The position numbers and the translations under genes are program-made. The notes under the pieces are model-generated. The model was given only the letters and a program-made list of their open reading frames with translations, was not told the origin of the DNA and ran no database searches. Shown in pieces: positions 41,789 to 55,489 of a stretch of DNA of 64,000 nucleotides (positions within the stretch are counted from its first letter, which is position 1; each line of letters begins with the position of its first letter). The DNA is from Octopus vulgaris. Lineage: Eukaryota. Location: positions 50,964,001 through 51,028,000 of the forward strand of contig OX597819.1 of the NCBI GenBank assembly GCA_951406725.2, given 5' to 3'.

Positions 41789-42410
41789 TGTATGTATGTA
41801 TGTAGGAATTTTATTATTGCAAGTGCGTATCTATATATTAAGATTTTCGTCGAATTTATACAAACGATGAGTGAAAAAAATGTGTTTATCAGTCAACATA
41901 CGGAATCTTTACGTGGTGTAATTAAATATGTACAGTAAACTTATATATATATATTTCTATGCACACTGTTATTATGCATGTAAGTGCGTAAGGATGTTTT
42001 CGTGCGCCTGCGTGTCTGTGATTGTATGTGCGTTTGCGTGCGCATGCGCAGAGCTTTAGTTGAGTTTACCCATAAAATCCCTTTTACGTATTATATATTT
42101 AGGCAAACACACACACACACACACACACACTATTTACCAACATGAATTTACGTATGCGTGTGCGTATAAGCAAAGTACATGTATAAAATATGTATGTTAT
42201 ATACGAGCTTGTTATGTATTCCATTGCAAAAGTATATATATGAACGGTTACTATGTTCGAGTATTTATATGTGCGTACTTATGTATACATACGCAGGAGT
42301 ATATAGAGTTTTATATATATATCAGTGTATGTGTATATGAATATATACATAAATGTATGTATAAATATATAGTATAAGTGTGTGTGTATACATACCCGCA
42401 CATATGTGTA

Positions 42411-42474
<64 letters not shown>

Positions 42475-43730
42475 TCAAAGTATGTATGTGTGCTTGGGTA
42501 TGCGTATGAAAAATGAAAACAAACCTACGTAAACAAAAATTATCAAACACAACAGATGAAAGAGAAGAATTTTCCTTTATTTTACGTTTTTCTTCTTCTT
42601 TATTATATTCTATATGTTTTTTGTTTTATTTCTTTAGATTTTTTCATTATTATTTTGTTATTCTTTTACTCAAAAATCGATATACAACATACCCAAAGAT
42701 TAATAAACATGGAAGCAACGAAGTCTATGAATGAAGTCGATAATACCCAGTAAATAGTTGAACCATTAACAACTGATAATATGTCAAACAAGAAAATATT
42801 AAACTGGTATTTGCCTATACTGGTTGTGTTTCTGTGCTGGTTGCTGTCCTTGTTATTGTTACGGTGGAGGTAGTGATGTTGGTTTCGGTTTTAGTAAAGC
42901 GCTAATGTTACAGATGATAGTGATGAGGATGTACTGTGTGCAGAAGGGGCTGTTTGTTGTTGCAGGGTCGTTTCTAACACTGTTTAATCTTGCATTAACA
43001 GAAACCTTTAAAACGATGTAAATCAAGCGTAATTAGCCAATCTATCTTAAGTTTTTTTCCGTTTTCATTTTCTTTTTACCTCTCCACATTGATTAATATA
43101 TCATGTTATTGTTTATAATTTTAAAGGCGAATTGTAGTAGTCGTCGTGGTAGTGGTAGTGGTGGTAGTGGTGGCAGCAGTTGTAGAAGTCGTTGTTGTTA
43201 TTGTTGCTGTTTAAGTTTAACTACGGATCGGCTATAATCCATGAAGACCAAGGATTAAAGGATGTAATTATGTCATGCGACGAATGTGTGGTTACGAATT
43301 TCGTCGTAAATGCGGATCCAATCTATTGCAGTATAATATTTCGTGCATGTGTGTGTGTGTGTCTGTGCGTGTGTGCATTTGTGAGCGTGTGCGTATGCGC
43401 ACGTGTGTGAGTGCGTGTGTGCGTATATGTGTGAGCGTGTGCGTATGTGCGTACGTGTGTGCACGCGTGTGTGTGCGTGCGTGCGTGTCTGTGTAAGCAT
43501 GTATGTGTGTATTATATTGGTGGTACACTGAATAAGGGAGACACCTGACCTCTCGCCATATTCATTTCAAACTTTGGTACTAGGCCAGCAATTTCGGGGG
43601 AGCAATTTCGATTACATTGACCCCGAAAGTACGAAAGGTGAAGACGACCTCAGCAGAATTTGAACTCAGAACGTGAAGACGGACGAAATGCCGCTATGCA
43701 TTTTGCCCTGCGAAGTAACGATTCTGCAAA

Positions 43731-43962
43731 TAAGGTGGTGAGCTAGCAGAATCGTTTGCACACCAGGCGAAATGCTTAGCGGTGTTTCGTCTGCCGTTAC
43801 GTTCTGAGTTCAAATTCCGCCGAAGTCGACTTTGCCTTTCAAACTTTCGGGGTCAATAAATTAAGTACCAGTTACGTACTGGGCTTGATGTAATCGACTT
43901 AATCCGTTTTTTTGTCTTTGTTTGTCCCCTCTATGTTTAGCCCCTTGTGGGCAATAAAAAAT
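43731..43962 (+). mobile_element. SINE family C nested in an antisense family C copy (43565-43992)
   Basis: 18-bp TSD AAGTAACGATTCTGCAAA at 43713-43730 and 43963-43980. Confidence 0.88.
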
Positions 43963-44004
43963 AAGTAACGATTCTGCAAACTCACTCCCTTAATCGCTTA
44001 AAAT

Positions 44005-44222
44005 ATTGGTTTCAAATTTTGGCACGAGTCCAGCAATTTCAGAGGAAGGGGTAAGTCGATTATTTTATCCCTAGTGCTCAGCTGGTTCTTATTTTAACGA
44101 CACCGATAGGATGAAAGGCAAAAATCGACTTCGGCGGAATTTGGACTCAGAACCTGGGGATGGATGAAATGCCGTCAAACATTCTGTTCGGCGCGGTAAC
44201 GATTCTGCGAGCTCGCTGCCTC
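44005..44222 (-). mobile_element. SINE family C
   Basis: Reverse-complement homology to 20318-20549. Confidence 0.8.
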
Positions 44223-45567
44223 TACCTCTTGAATTATTAACACCAACTTTATATCATAATACATATCACCTGAAGCATTAATTAATTCCAAGGGAGTAAA
44301 CGTATATACACCGATTTCAAAACACACGGACGCATACACATACTTTAACACGTATATTATCACACACACATACACATACATACGAACACAAACATCTGAA
44401 AAATATGTTTTCATTCGTCGAAGTTATATTTTATGTAGAAAGCGATTCTACACGCTATTCAAATGAGCCTCCGCGGAACTTTAGTAGGTTTATACATATT
44501 TTGTCGAATATTCTCATAAAATGTCTTTATGCAAGTATCTAGTCTTTAGTATCAGTTAATTTTGCAAATATGATAATATGCACATTGAATTACAGTAAAA
44601 ATCGAACGTATTATCAGATATGTGCAACGATACAATGTAGGTGTTAATTTTTTGTAGCTAAGTTTTCTTTCTTGACTGACACGATGGATGCTGCGATTCA
44701 TTCATACAGTGAAACGTTACATAAAATAAGCTAATTCTGGTACATCCATGATCGTTTATCACCGATTCACTCATCAATGATCTAGTATATCACGGTACAC
44801 TAATTGTAAATCGTGTTATGTTCATCATGAACCGATGAACTGATCTGTGAATTGATCTTCTTGGGCTGCAAAAGTAACGCCCCAACGATCACCTAAAACA
44901 CTCAAGACAACTTGGGGTGTTGGATCGAAACCTTTTTTCTCATAAGTTCTATCATTATTTTATCACTGACTCATTTGACACTGTTTTGTTTTTCGAACTA
45001 AACACCCGTGATAAACGAGTATGTATAACGTATGGATATGACAAAATGAAAATAAGGCACTTCCTAACGAGCGCTATGAAAAAGCTTTGTTTTCAGCGGA
45101 TGACATACTGAATATTGTGAACAACAAAACACTGCATAAATCAGCAAAACAAAGTTTTAAAAAAGACATATATAAAAAAGACATTTATTAAAAAAGAAAG
45201 AGAAAACTTTTTGTTCACTTGAGAGTTCTTAGCTGACGTTGGACGAATTTCATGCGACATGATCTAAGGTTGTCTGCTGAATTACTTGTGGTTGGTCGCA
45301 TACTAAAACCGATTTTGGAACTCTGGCAACGGCAGGTGGAATTACAAATGTTACAAAGTTCTATGAAGTGTCAGGGAGCTACTTCTTAGAAGAACTGTGT
45401 TGATACATCGTGGTTGGGAAAGACTTTTAGAAGAGCTGTGAGAACTTGCAGCTAAGAACGTTAGTTTTCGGGAAAAATATACTTAATTTGTAATACAATG
45501 AGAACTGACAATGAACATTTCGAGAATATTGTGCTATCGTAGCCTGTGCATATTTATACATACAAAA

Positions 45568-45637
<70 letters not shown>

Positions 45638-45699
45638 GGCAACTCAATCATCCTAAAAGGAGCCGATAATGATAGCAATCATGACACTATCTTCTGATG

Positions 45700-46130
45700 G
45701 AATTTTAGGTTTGTTCAAAAGTCTTTTGGCTCTGATTAAATGGTTTTCTTTTTTTTTTTCTTACATGAATTGACCTCTCCTCATCACGTAAGATGTCTTC
45801 ATGCACAACGTTTCTTATTGTTTTCTCTGACACACGAAATTCTTTTGCAGTTGACCTCATTGATTTTCTTGGATTGTCTTAAATGCTTTGCTTAACTTCC
45901 TGAATAAATTCCGGTGTCCTGATAGAATCAGAGCGTTTGGAATGTTTTTTTTTTACGTTTTGATAAAAGTAATACGCTTCCATCTTTCTCTAACTCATAC
46001 CGAATCTTGTGGACAAAAGTCCTTGCAACTTTCAGAAAACAAGAAATTTCTAAATAACCATGCTTAGCCTTCAAAGCCAGTCATAGCATGCTATTTTATT
46101 TCATTAGTAAACATAGGGCATGTGATTGTT
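45700..46130 (-). pseudogene. Tc1/mariner (maT/DD37D-like) transposase N-terminal remnant
   Basis: Manual translation FLKVARTFVHKIR..KRKKHSKRSDSIRTPEFIQEVKQSI*DNPRKSMRSTAKEFRVSEKTIRNVVHED; catalytic domain absent, so subfamily is tentative. Confidence 0.7.
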
Positions 46131-46213
46131 ATTTTCTGAAATGGAAGTTCAATAAAAATTAGTCAAATATATAATAACTAAAAATGCATCTGTTCTCAAA
46201 TACCGACCGCACC

Positions 46214-46265
<52 letters not shown>

Positions 46266-46599
46266 TGTACGGCCTCAGGTTTTATTTGGGAGATTTCCTT
46301 CTTCTAGGTAGATTAGCAACCAAGGTTAAAGAACTTCTACCTGCCCATGAGGTAAGCTATCCCGTGCCAGATACCAAACCAACACCCAAACGCTCTATGA
46401 AGTGATCAAATATCATTCCGGTGTCCGACATGGGATAGCTCATTCATACATTAAAAAAAAAAAAAAGAAACGTAAGACATGCGATTTAAAAATATAAATA
46501 ACATTTAAATATAAATAATATAAAATATATATAAGTAAAAATGTAGATATAAGAATATATAAAAAATTGATATATACATATTTACACATATTTGTTGGA

Positions 46600-48765
46600 T
46601 AGCTGTTGACTGCTCATGATTTCCAAAATCTTCTTCAAAAACCTTCCAAAATCTTCTTCAATAGCTCCAGTGAGAATAGTAAATGGAAGATTGCCTCTGA
46701 CTAACACCGCTTCTATTCATAAGTGCTGTGTAGAACATTTTTCTGCACTTTTGAATGGACCATCATTTACTGACATGAGGATGATAGAAAAAGTCGAACA
46801 CCTTACAGCTATAGAGGAGATGGCATTTGAACCAACGCTAAATGACATTTATTTAGCTGTGAATAAGCTGAATAACAATAAGTCTCCAGAATCTGATGGA
46901 ATCTGGGCAGAAGTCTTGAAATATGGGAGTGACAAAATGTTTGAATTCTTAAATGTATTAATTTGTCACTGTTGGAGAACTGAGAAAGTGCGTCAAGACT
47001 GGATTGATGCCATTTTAGTCTCCTTGTATAAATCGGGGCCAAAGGATATGTGTGGTTATTTTCGTGGGATTTTGTTTTTGTATGTAGTTGGAAAGGTACT
47101 TGCCCGCATTCTGTTAGAACGTTTAAATACCTTCATAGTTCAAGATATGGTGTCTGAGTCTTAATGTAGTTTTTACTCCTCCAGGGGCACAGTTAATTGT
47201 ATCTTTACTGTCAGAAATTGCAAGTAAAGTGAATCTTATCCTATACTATTGCTTTGTTGATATGAGTAAAGCATTCGATACTGTTAATCGAAATGCTCTG
47301 TGATTAATTCTAAGGAAAATAGGTTGCCCAGAAAAATGTGTACACATGATCAGGGCTTTGCATCAAGATATGAAAGCTTGAGTTAATTTTGGTGGTAGGC
47401 TCTCTGAATCTTTGGCCGTGGAAAATAGAGTAAAGCAAGGAAACCTTGATGCACCCACCCTCTTTGCAATATCCTTTGCCGTTGTGCTGTCACACGCTTT
47501 TCAAAACTCCGAGGAGGGTATTTATATAAAATATCGAACAACAGGGAATGTTTCTTAATCTCACCAGACTCTTATACGTAGACGATTGCGATCTAGACAG
47601 TCATTCTGAAACAGGTCTGCAATTTCTTGTATCTGCATTTGACTCAGCGTGTGATGATATTGGGTTTGACCATCAACTTGAAAAGAAAAAACATCAGTTG
47701 TAATGTATCAACCCCGCTAAAAGTTTTGTTAAGGGTAAGTTAGTTGAGGTTATTGATTCTTTCATCTACTTCGGAAGCTCTGTGCAAAATGATGGAAATC
47801 TGGATACATAAATACATCTGCGAATTCAAAGGGCAGCACAAGCATTTGATGTTTTGTAGTCACGCATTTGGCACTAACGATATATAAATAAAACAAAATT
47901 GGCTCTTTACACATCGTTTGTCTTATCATCCCTGTTAAATTCTTCTGAAATATGGACATGTTATGAAAGACATTTCAAATTGTTAGAACAATTCCATCAA
48001 AAATGCCTTCATTGCATTTTAAACATTAGATGGAGTTTTTTTTATGCCATGCACGGACGTCCTTGCATCTGCAGGCATCACTTCAATTAAAGTAAAGATT
48101 CTGAAAAAACAAATGGGATGGTCTGGCCATATTATTCGAATGGCGGATGAACGCACACTCAAACAACTGTATTATGGTGAGCTTGCAGAGGGGAAACGCT
48201 ATTGGTGTAAACCTAAAAAGAGGTTTAAGGACGGTATAAGCACTACAACGAAGTCACTTGTGATGGATCCAGGGGACATAGAAACCTTTGCTTCAGATCG
48301 AGCTGGATGGCGAACAAAAGTGTGGAGTGGAGCGAAAGCGTTTGAAGAGGCCAGGATAACGCATGCAAGATTCAAAAGAGATTTAATGGAGAATATTACG
48401 ATCCAGAAGGTGAAGCGCAATGACGTATTATGTGCACAGTTTGTGACAGACCAGGCCTTTCTTTTGCTGGGCTCAAATCTCATTTGCGGACTCATGAAAA
48501 AGGAACTTCCACCAACTATCACGCCTTTCAATGCCATGTATCCCATAATGTCTGCAAATCTAACGGAGGCCTCAAAATACATTTTAAGATCCTCAAAGAT
48601 CAGAACTTAACTGCAGCTCTTGATGGTTCAATTCGGATATGCAATCTATGTGGGTGTCTTTTCGATATATTGTCTGGTTTAAAAAGCTACATCAGACGCT
48701 ATGATAGATCTAAAGTGTATGTACAAGAGGTGGTCAGACTTCGCATAAGGAGTGAACAACCACCA
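46600..48765 (+). pseudogene. Decayed RTE-clade LINE (RT + C-terminal C2H2 fingers)
   Basis: NKSPESDGI.AEVLK, FRGI..L.VVGKVLARILLERL, FVDMSKAFDTVNR, VKQG, YVDD, W.GHIIRMADER..KQLYYGEL; multiple stops and frameshifts. Confidence 0.9.
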
Positions 48766-49554
48766 TATATACATGCATGGAAATATAAATATACAAAACA
48801 GGTGTACACGAAGTACAATCATCGCTAGAAATAGCAGCCGGTAAGTTTACGGTGCTGTGTAGAGCTTCATCGAATATTTGCAGCAATGATCGTACTTCGT
48901 GCACACCTGGTTTATAATTCAAAAGAATACAAAAGAATACAAAACAGTTATTCCATACCGGAGAAACTCACTTCGCATTAAAAAAAAAACTTTTTAATTA
49001 CTCGTATATCATCATTAGCAATATTTGCTCGCTCCTCCTTCGAATCAGTCTGGAACAAAGCACGATCTGTCTACTGTCTGCACTCACACGGTTCCATATC
49101 GCGTTACAATCCATCATGTTTCAATATGTAGGCAAGAACTGACGTCAATGTCATTGTATTAATAAAACTATTATTACGATTTTCATATAGATAAACTCAA
49201 TCGCCATATTGTTGTAAACTACAGCTGGTGAAAGAGAATATGCAGTGTTTTCAAGAAGCCGAAATGTCTCCAGAAAATATGTGAACAGCTAAAGTAATAG
49301 TAAAACTGTGTTAGATATTATGCTCTTGTATAAAGTCTAGCTGATTTATGATACCCATTTTCCATGATGTAGTCTCTTTGTAAAGATATAAACACATTTG
49401 TATGATTAATTCCAGGAAAATTACGTTATTGGCCTTACATACGTACATACATACATGCATACATGCACACATACATACATACATACATACATATATACAT
49501 ACATACATACATACATACATACATACATACATACATTATTTTGACTTTGACTCC

Positions 49555-49864
49555 GCCGGTTACGACGACGAGGGTCCCAGCTGATACGATCAACGGAACA
49601 GCTTGCTCGTGAAATTAACGTGCAAATGGCTGAGCATTCCACAGACACGTGTACCCTTAACGTAGTTCTCGGGGATAATCAGCGTGACACAGAGAGTGAC
49701 AAGGCTGACCCTTTGAAATACAAGTACAACTCATTTTTGCCAGCTGAGTGGACTGGAGCAACGTGAAATAAAGTGTCTTGCTCAAGGACACAACGCGTCG
49801 CCGGGAATCGAACTCACAACCTCACGATCATGAGCCGAATGCCCTAACCACTAAGCCACGCGCC
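49555..49864 (-). mobile_element. SINE family B
   Basis: Reverse complement of the 22920-23226 type. Confidence 0.85.
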
Positions 49865-49913
49865 CTCACATACATACATACATATATACATACATACATA
49901 CATACATACATAC

Positions 49914-51916
49914 AAAAGCTATGCATTAGCCTTGCAAAAGTATGGCTTGATTATAGGGAGACATTCAAATCTCTTCCCCACTCATGGCTGCTGAAGAGTC
50001 CAGATTTGGCAAAAGTGTCTGCTACCTTAATTGCTGCCATTGAGTGGCTCACAAAGACCTGGGCAACAATTCTTACACTTAGAACTGAGAGCTATACGAT
50101 CGTCTGCAATGTTATAAATATTTCAAAGGGAATATTTCAAGGAGATAGTATTTCTGCAATTCTGATAATTTCGGCATTAAATCCATTATAATTCCTGATA
50201 CAAAAATCAATTGGCTTCGTGCATGGGTCTTCAACTGTTACATATATTGATGTGAGCCATTTCATTCTGGATGACTTCAAGATTTGTGCTAAAAATGTTC
50301 ACAATGCCAAAATAAGAGTTGGAATTAGTAGCAACATTTTCAGCTGACATAGGAATAGAATTTGCCCAAGATAAAGGTTTATATTTGGTTTTGAACGTGA
50401 AAAATCAGTCCCTCAGACTCCAAATATGTGCACCAATGATCTCACTATCTTTCTTGCTCCACAAAAAGACTACCACAAGCACCTAGGTATTGATGGAAAC
50501 ATATCATACGAAGGTACGGCGAATAAAAATAGAATGACCTTAGAATATTATGCCAGACTTAGAAAACTATGGCAGCCGAAACTCGCCTCTTACAATAAGA
50601 CAGTATTTCACAATGCGTTTGCAGTATAAATGCTGATTCCAACATTTGAGATATTTGACTTGTTTGTAGAGGAAAACCACTCCACAGACGTTAGAATCCA
50701 CAAGATACCGACACCAACTGGAAATCTCCAATGAAATAGTGATATCGACAGGCTCCGCATAGAAAGTGATGAAACGGGTAGAGGTTTGAGGTCAGTATAT
50801 ACAGCCTTCGAATGTTGTATAGTCTCTCATAGACATAACTTTCTAAACAACAATAAAAATAGTGCTGAATAGTGAAGAGAACATCCTACGTGTAGGCAAT
50901 GAGCTCCACAGTAAGCACCCTCTTGCTGATGACCTCTCATACAACTCCAAACCAGCCGAACTTGCACACCTCAAAGAAGACCTGGATGTGAAAGGCTCAG
51001 CATACTACAATAGACTAAGCTTGGGTATATTTCCAGAAAACTTGAAAAAGGCAGTAATATCAAAACGAAGTGTAGTTTCTGTTGGACCCGTGTCCACTAC
51101 ATCATATCTCAGTTCGAAGGTTATGCATTCGCGATCCAAGGACAAGAGATTACTTCCAAACACCTAATAAACAAAATAGATAGTGGAGTCCTTGGAGCTC
51201 CTCGACGCAACCGAAAATATGTGGGTTATATCATATTTCTGTGGAAGACAGCACACATGTGATTAGAAACTGTCCAAAAATGTCATCGAGCTAATACCTT
51301 CCTATGCAATACGTCATTGTCTAAAAAACAATATACTATGCCATTTGTCAAAAATGACTGTCCTAGAATAAATATAGAGAATCCCCCTACTATTGAATAC
51401 ATACGCAAACATCAACACAGGGAATACTGGGGGATCATTCCCATAAAAATATCTGACACGTGTAAACATAACATCCTGGATATTGTCGCTTGGGAGAGAG
51501 AAGGAAATATATATAACCTCATAGAGGTTAGATGTCATGCCGTTGTGAATGTCTCTTTGGAAATCAAAGAGAAATAGGAAAACTGGACAACTGCTTCGAA
51601 ATCTCCAGTTTCTGAATCCGGTTTATCAATTCACATTTATACCAACAGTAGTAAGTGGTTCACTCGGTTTTGCGAGTAAGTGCGTACATGACAATTTGGA
51701 TAAGCTAGGGTTCCCAGAAAAACAAATCAATTAACTAACTCGTATATTAAATATGCATTCTGTCAGTGGAAGAGTAATAATATGCAAAAACTTGTCCCAA
51801 GTTCAAAATATGAATTTGTTTTTGTTGACTACCTTACAACGACAGAGAGTTGAACCTTTGTTAGAAACCAACTCCTTCCGCAAAGGAAAAATTTCAATAA
51901 TTAAAAACTTAAGAGA
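49914..51916 (+). pseudogene. Old R4/Dong-like element of a second lineage, flanked by (TACA)n
   Basis: WLDYRETFKSLPHSWL, KGIFQGDSIS..L..LNPL, EYYARLRKLWQ.KL.SYNK...HNAFAV, HN.LDIV.W.....LIEV remnants. Confidence 0.8.
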
Positions 51917-52172
51917 ACATACATACATATATTCACACATACATACATACATACATACATACATACATACATACATACATACATACATACATACATACAT
52001 ACATGCGTACGTACATACATACACACACATATACATACATACATACATACACACATAAAGGCATGGCCTCAGCCTCTGCCTGAAATCCGTTAAAGATAAA
52101 AGATACGTATGTAAGTATGTATATATATAGATGCATATATATATATATATATAATTTATGTATGTAGCTATG

Positions 52173-52224
<52 letters not shown>

Positions 52225-52233
52225 TATACATAC

Positions 52234-52279
<46 letters not shown>

Positions 52280-52283
52280 GCAC

Positions 52284-52331
<48 letters not shown>

Positions 52332-52415
52332 ATGTATATATGTATGCCCTTCGTCATGACAGATAGCTAACCACTACACATTCTTTATTTTCTCTCCTTC
52401 TTTCTTTCTGCGTTC

Positions 52416-52451
52416 CTTTCTGTGGAAGAGCGTAGGCTCGAAACGTTAAAG
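52416..52451 (+). ncRNA. Minimal hammerhead variant (core CUGUGGA) in family P1
   Basis: CUUU-CUGUGGA-A-GAGC-GUAG-GCUC-GAAAC-GUU-AAAG. Confidence 0.6.
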
Positions 52452-52542
52452 ACGTTTTCACTAATTCACCTGTTTGTTGTCTACACCTCCTGCCTTCGTC
52501 TTTTATCTTTTTGTGAATGTTTCCCTTATATATATATGTATA

Positions 52543-52609
<67 letters not shown>

Positions 52610-52635
52610 ATATATGTATATATATACACAAACAT

Positions 52636-53019
52636 CTTTTTCTTTTTCTTTTTACTTGTTTGACTGCGGCCATGCTGGAGCACCGCCTTTAATCGAGCAA
52701 CTTATTCTTTGTAAGCCCAGTACTTATTCTATCGGTCTCTTTTGCCGAACCGCTAAGTAACGGGGACATAAAAACACACCACTATCGGTTGTCAAGCAAT
52801 GCTAGGGGAACAAACACAGACACACAAACATACACGCTCATACATATATATATACATATATACGACGGGCTTCTTTCAGTTTCCGTCTACCAAATCTACT
52901 CACAAGACTTTGGTCGGCCCTAGGCCATAGTAGAAGATACTTGCCCAAGCTGCCACGCAGTGGGACTGAACCCGGAACCATGTGGTTGGTAAGCAAGCTA
53001 CTTACAACACAGCCACCCC

Positions 53020-53021
<2 letters not shown>
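52636..53021 (-). mobile_element. SINE family A, full length
   Basis: Homology to 19757-20194. Confidence 0.85.
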
Positions 53022-53088
<67 letters not shown>

Positions 53089-53159
53089 ATACATATACAT
53101 ATACATATATACATATATTACTATTATTACTATTATTATTATTATTATTATTATTATTG

Positions 53160-53190
<31 letters not shown>

Positions 53191-53192
53191 CA

Positions 53193-53275
<83 letters not shown>

Positions 53276-53677
53276 ATTAAAATTGTATTGTACTTGTTCT
53301 GCTTCGAAGTACATAACTGAGAAAATCCGACTACACAAATACAATATAATAATCTGATTTTTAATTTACACCAGTCGTTATACGACGACGGTTGTTTCAG
53401 TTAGCTAGATACGACAGTCTGTGGAATGAAAAGCGACAGACAGAAGCGAAAAAGGTCGATGTGAAGCGGTTACAGGTGGTTTATTATTTTAACAGTAAAA
53501 GATAAACAAACCTAATAAAATGTAAACTAGCAATAAAATTCTTTATACATTTGTATGTGCGCTTGCGCGTGCGTTTGTGTATACTACACAGACACACACA
53601 CATACATATGCATGTATCTATACACACACACATATGTATATATATATATATATATATACACATATATACATACATAC

Positions 53678-53749
<72 letters not shown>

Positions 53750-54049
53750 GTAACCACATTGAATCGTTGGCGATTTTCTTCCCTTCTATTGGACTTACCT
53801 CTGTTTCCGAAGAGGAGCGTCTGCTAAAACCTTACATGTACCACGTCCTCGCATTGTTGTTTTTTTTTGTGTGTTTGTTATTCTGTTTGGGATTTACTAT
53901 ATAGGAAGATGTGTTGTTGAAAATGCACTTAAATGTCAAAAACTCGGAAATGTTTAAAATACATTTATTTACATATATACCAAACTAGTTTCAACAATAT
54001 TTTTTGTTTATCAATGGTAAAAGTGTAAAATTAGAAAAAACATCTTTAT

Positions 54050-54168
54050 AAGTTTCAATGTTGACAAATCAAAATGTTTCAATGTTGACAAACTGAAATG
54101 TTTCAATGTTGTTAAATTAAAATGTTTCAATGTTGTTAAATTAAAATGTTTCAATGTTGAAAAATTAT
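54050..54168 (+). repeat. 24-bp minisatellite, ~5 copies
   Basis: AAAATGTTTCAATGTTG(AC/TT)AAAT(C/T) units. Confidence 0.85.
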
Positions 54169-54619
54169 CATGTTCAAAACAGTTTGTAAGTTTGAAATTA
54201 AAACTGTATATTAATTTGTTAGAATGTACAAGGTTCATTAATTTCAGTGGTTGTCGACAAGTCATACTGAAAACAACAAAAAAAAAAAAAAACAGTGTGG
54301 GAATTGAAATAGTAAAAAAAGGGGGAAATTACGGTTTCTCAGATCTTTAAACAGTCGCTTGCGCTTGCAATGGCATGTTTTAGGGAAATATGTATTTATA
54401 AATTGTTTTTGTGCAAGCGGATCTGATTTTGATTCGTTAAAAAATTAATGACGTTTTCCTTCCGTGATCAAGCTTGTCGTTCTGCTTGGTTGGTTTCCTT
54501 GCAGGATACGTTCCGGTTGGTTGGTTTCCTTAAAGGGTCTTTGGTTTCCTTAAAGGGTCTTTTCGTTGAGTTTAGTTGTGGAGGGTGCCCGAGGAGGCGT
54601 TTAATCTTGACTGCCTTCT

Positions 54620-55025
54620 TCCTACAGTGAAGCACAGAGAAGGGTCTGTGATGGTTCGGACTGCCAGTTCTTGAAATTCTCTTGGTCCAATCGTTGATCT
54701 GCATAGTAGGATCAAGAGCAATGATTATCTAAATATTGTCGGAAATCAAGTCCTTCCCATGGACCAGACATTATTCCCTGATGGTCAGAGCATATGCGGT
54801 ACATTTTGTGGCGACAAGGTAGATGTTACCCCAACCGGCGTGTCTTGAACAGCTGGAGCAGGTTTTGCTGGAAGAATGGCTCGAGATTACTCTCAATGAA
54901 TTCAGGAAGTTATATGAATCAATTCCTAGACTCATCGAAGCTGTTCAGAAAGTTAAAGGAGGACCAACACCAATCAAATATTCATTGCATTTAACAGGTG
55001 TAGCGATTATTTTGTCCAACCCCTG
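54620..55025 (+). pseudogene. Tc1-like transposase 3' remnant with right end
   Basis: TVKHREGSVMV..., LEQVLLEEWLEI...RKLYESIPRLIEAVQKVKGGPT; ends TTTTGTCCAACCCCTG|TA. Confidence 0.8.
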
Positions 55026-55043
55026 TATATATATATATATATT

Positions 55044-55079
<36 letters not shown>

Positions 55080-55489
55080 TTATTATTATTATTATTAACA
55101 TTATTATTTATATTATTTTTTACTTGCGTTCGTATGAAAACAAAGAGTGTGAAAACATATACACAGTGTTTGGCTTTGACTGAAATTAGAATTTTCGATG
55201 CTTTCTATAGAATAGGCGTAGGCGCAGTCACGTAGATGGCAAATCCGCTTCGCAACCATGTAATTCCGGTTACATCTTTCGCTAAAAATCACCTTGGTTG
55301 CAATGTTTTCTGTTGTAGCTTAGAACTGGCCAATATTGTGTTAAAAGGATTAATCAGACAGAAACCTTTCAGAAGCCACTTATGTATATATACATACAAG
55401 CGCTATTACTGCTAGCGCTGATAAGGTACACTAAAATTAATTCTCGAAACCTGGACATAATCTGATGACTGAAACCTGCTACAGAATGT

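Noticed and set aside
48824-48835. GCTAGAAATAGC identical to part of the SpCas9 sgRNA scaffold
   Set aside because: Only 12 nt, no remaining scaffold, no repeat-spacer array or cas genes; coincidental hairpin within endogenous repeats
54050-54168. 24-bp repeats as a possible CRISPR array
   Set aside because: Units are contiguous with no unique spacers; this is a minisatellite
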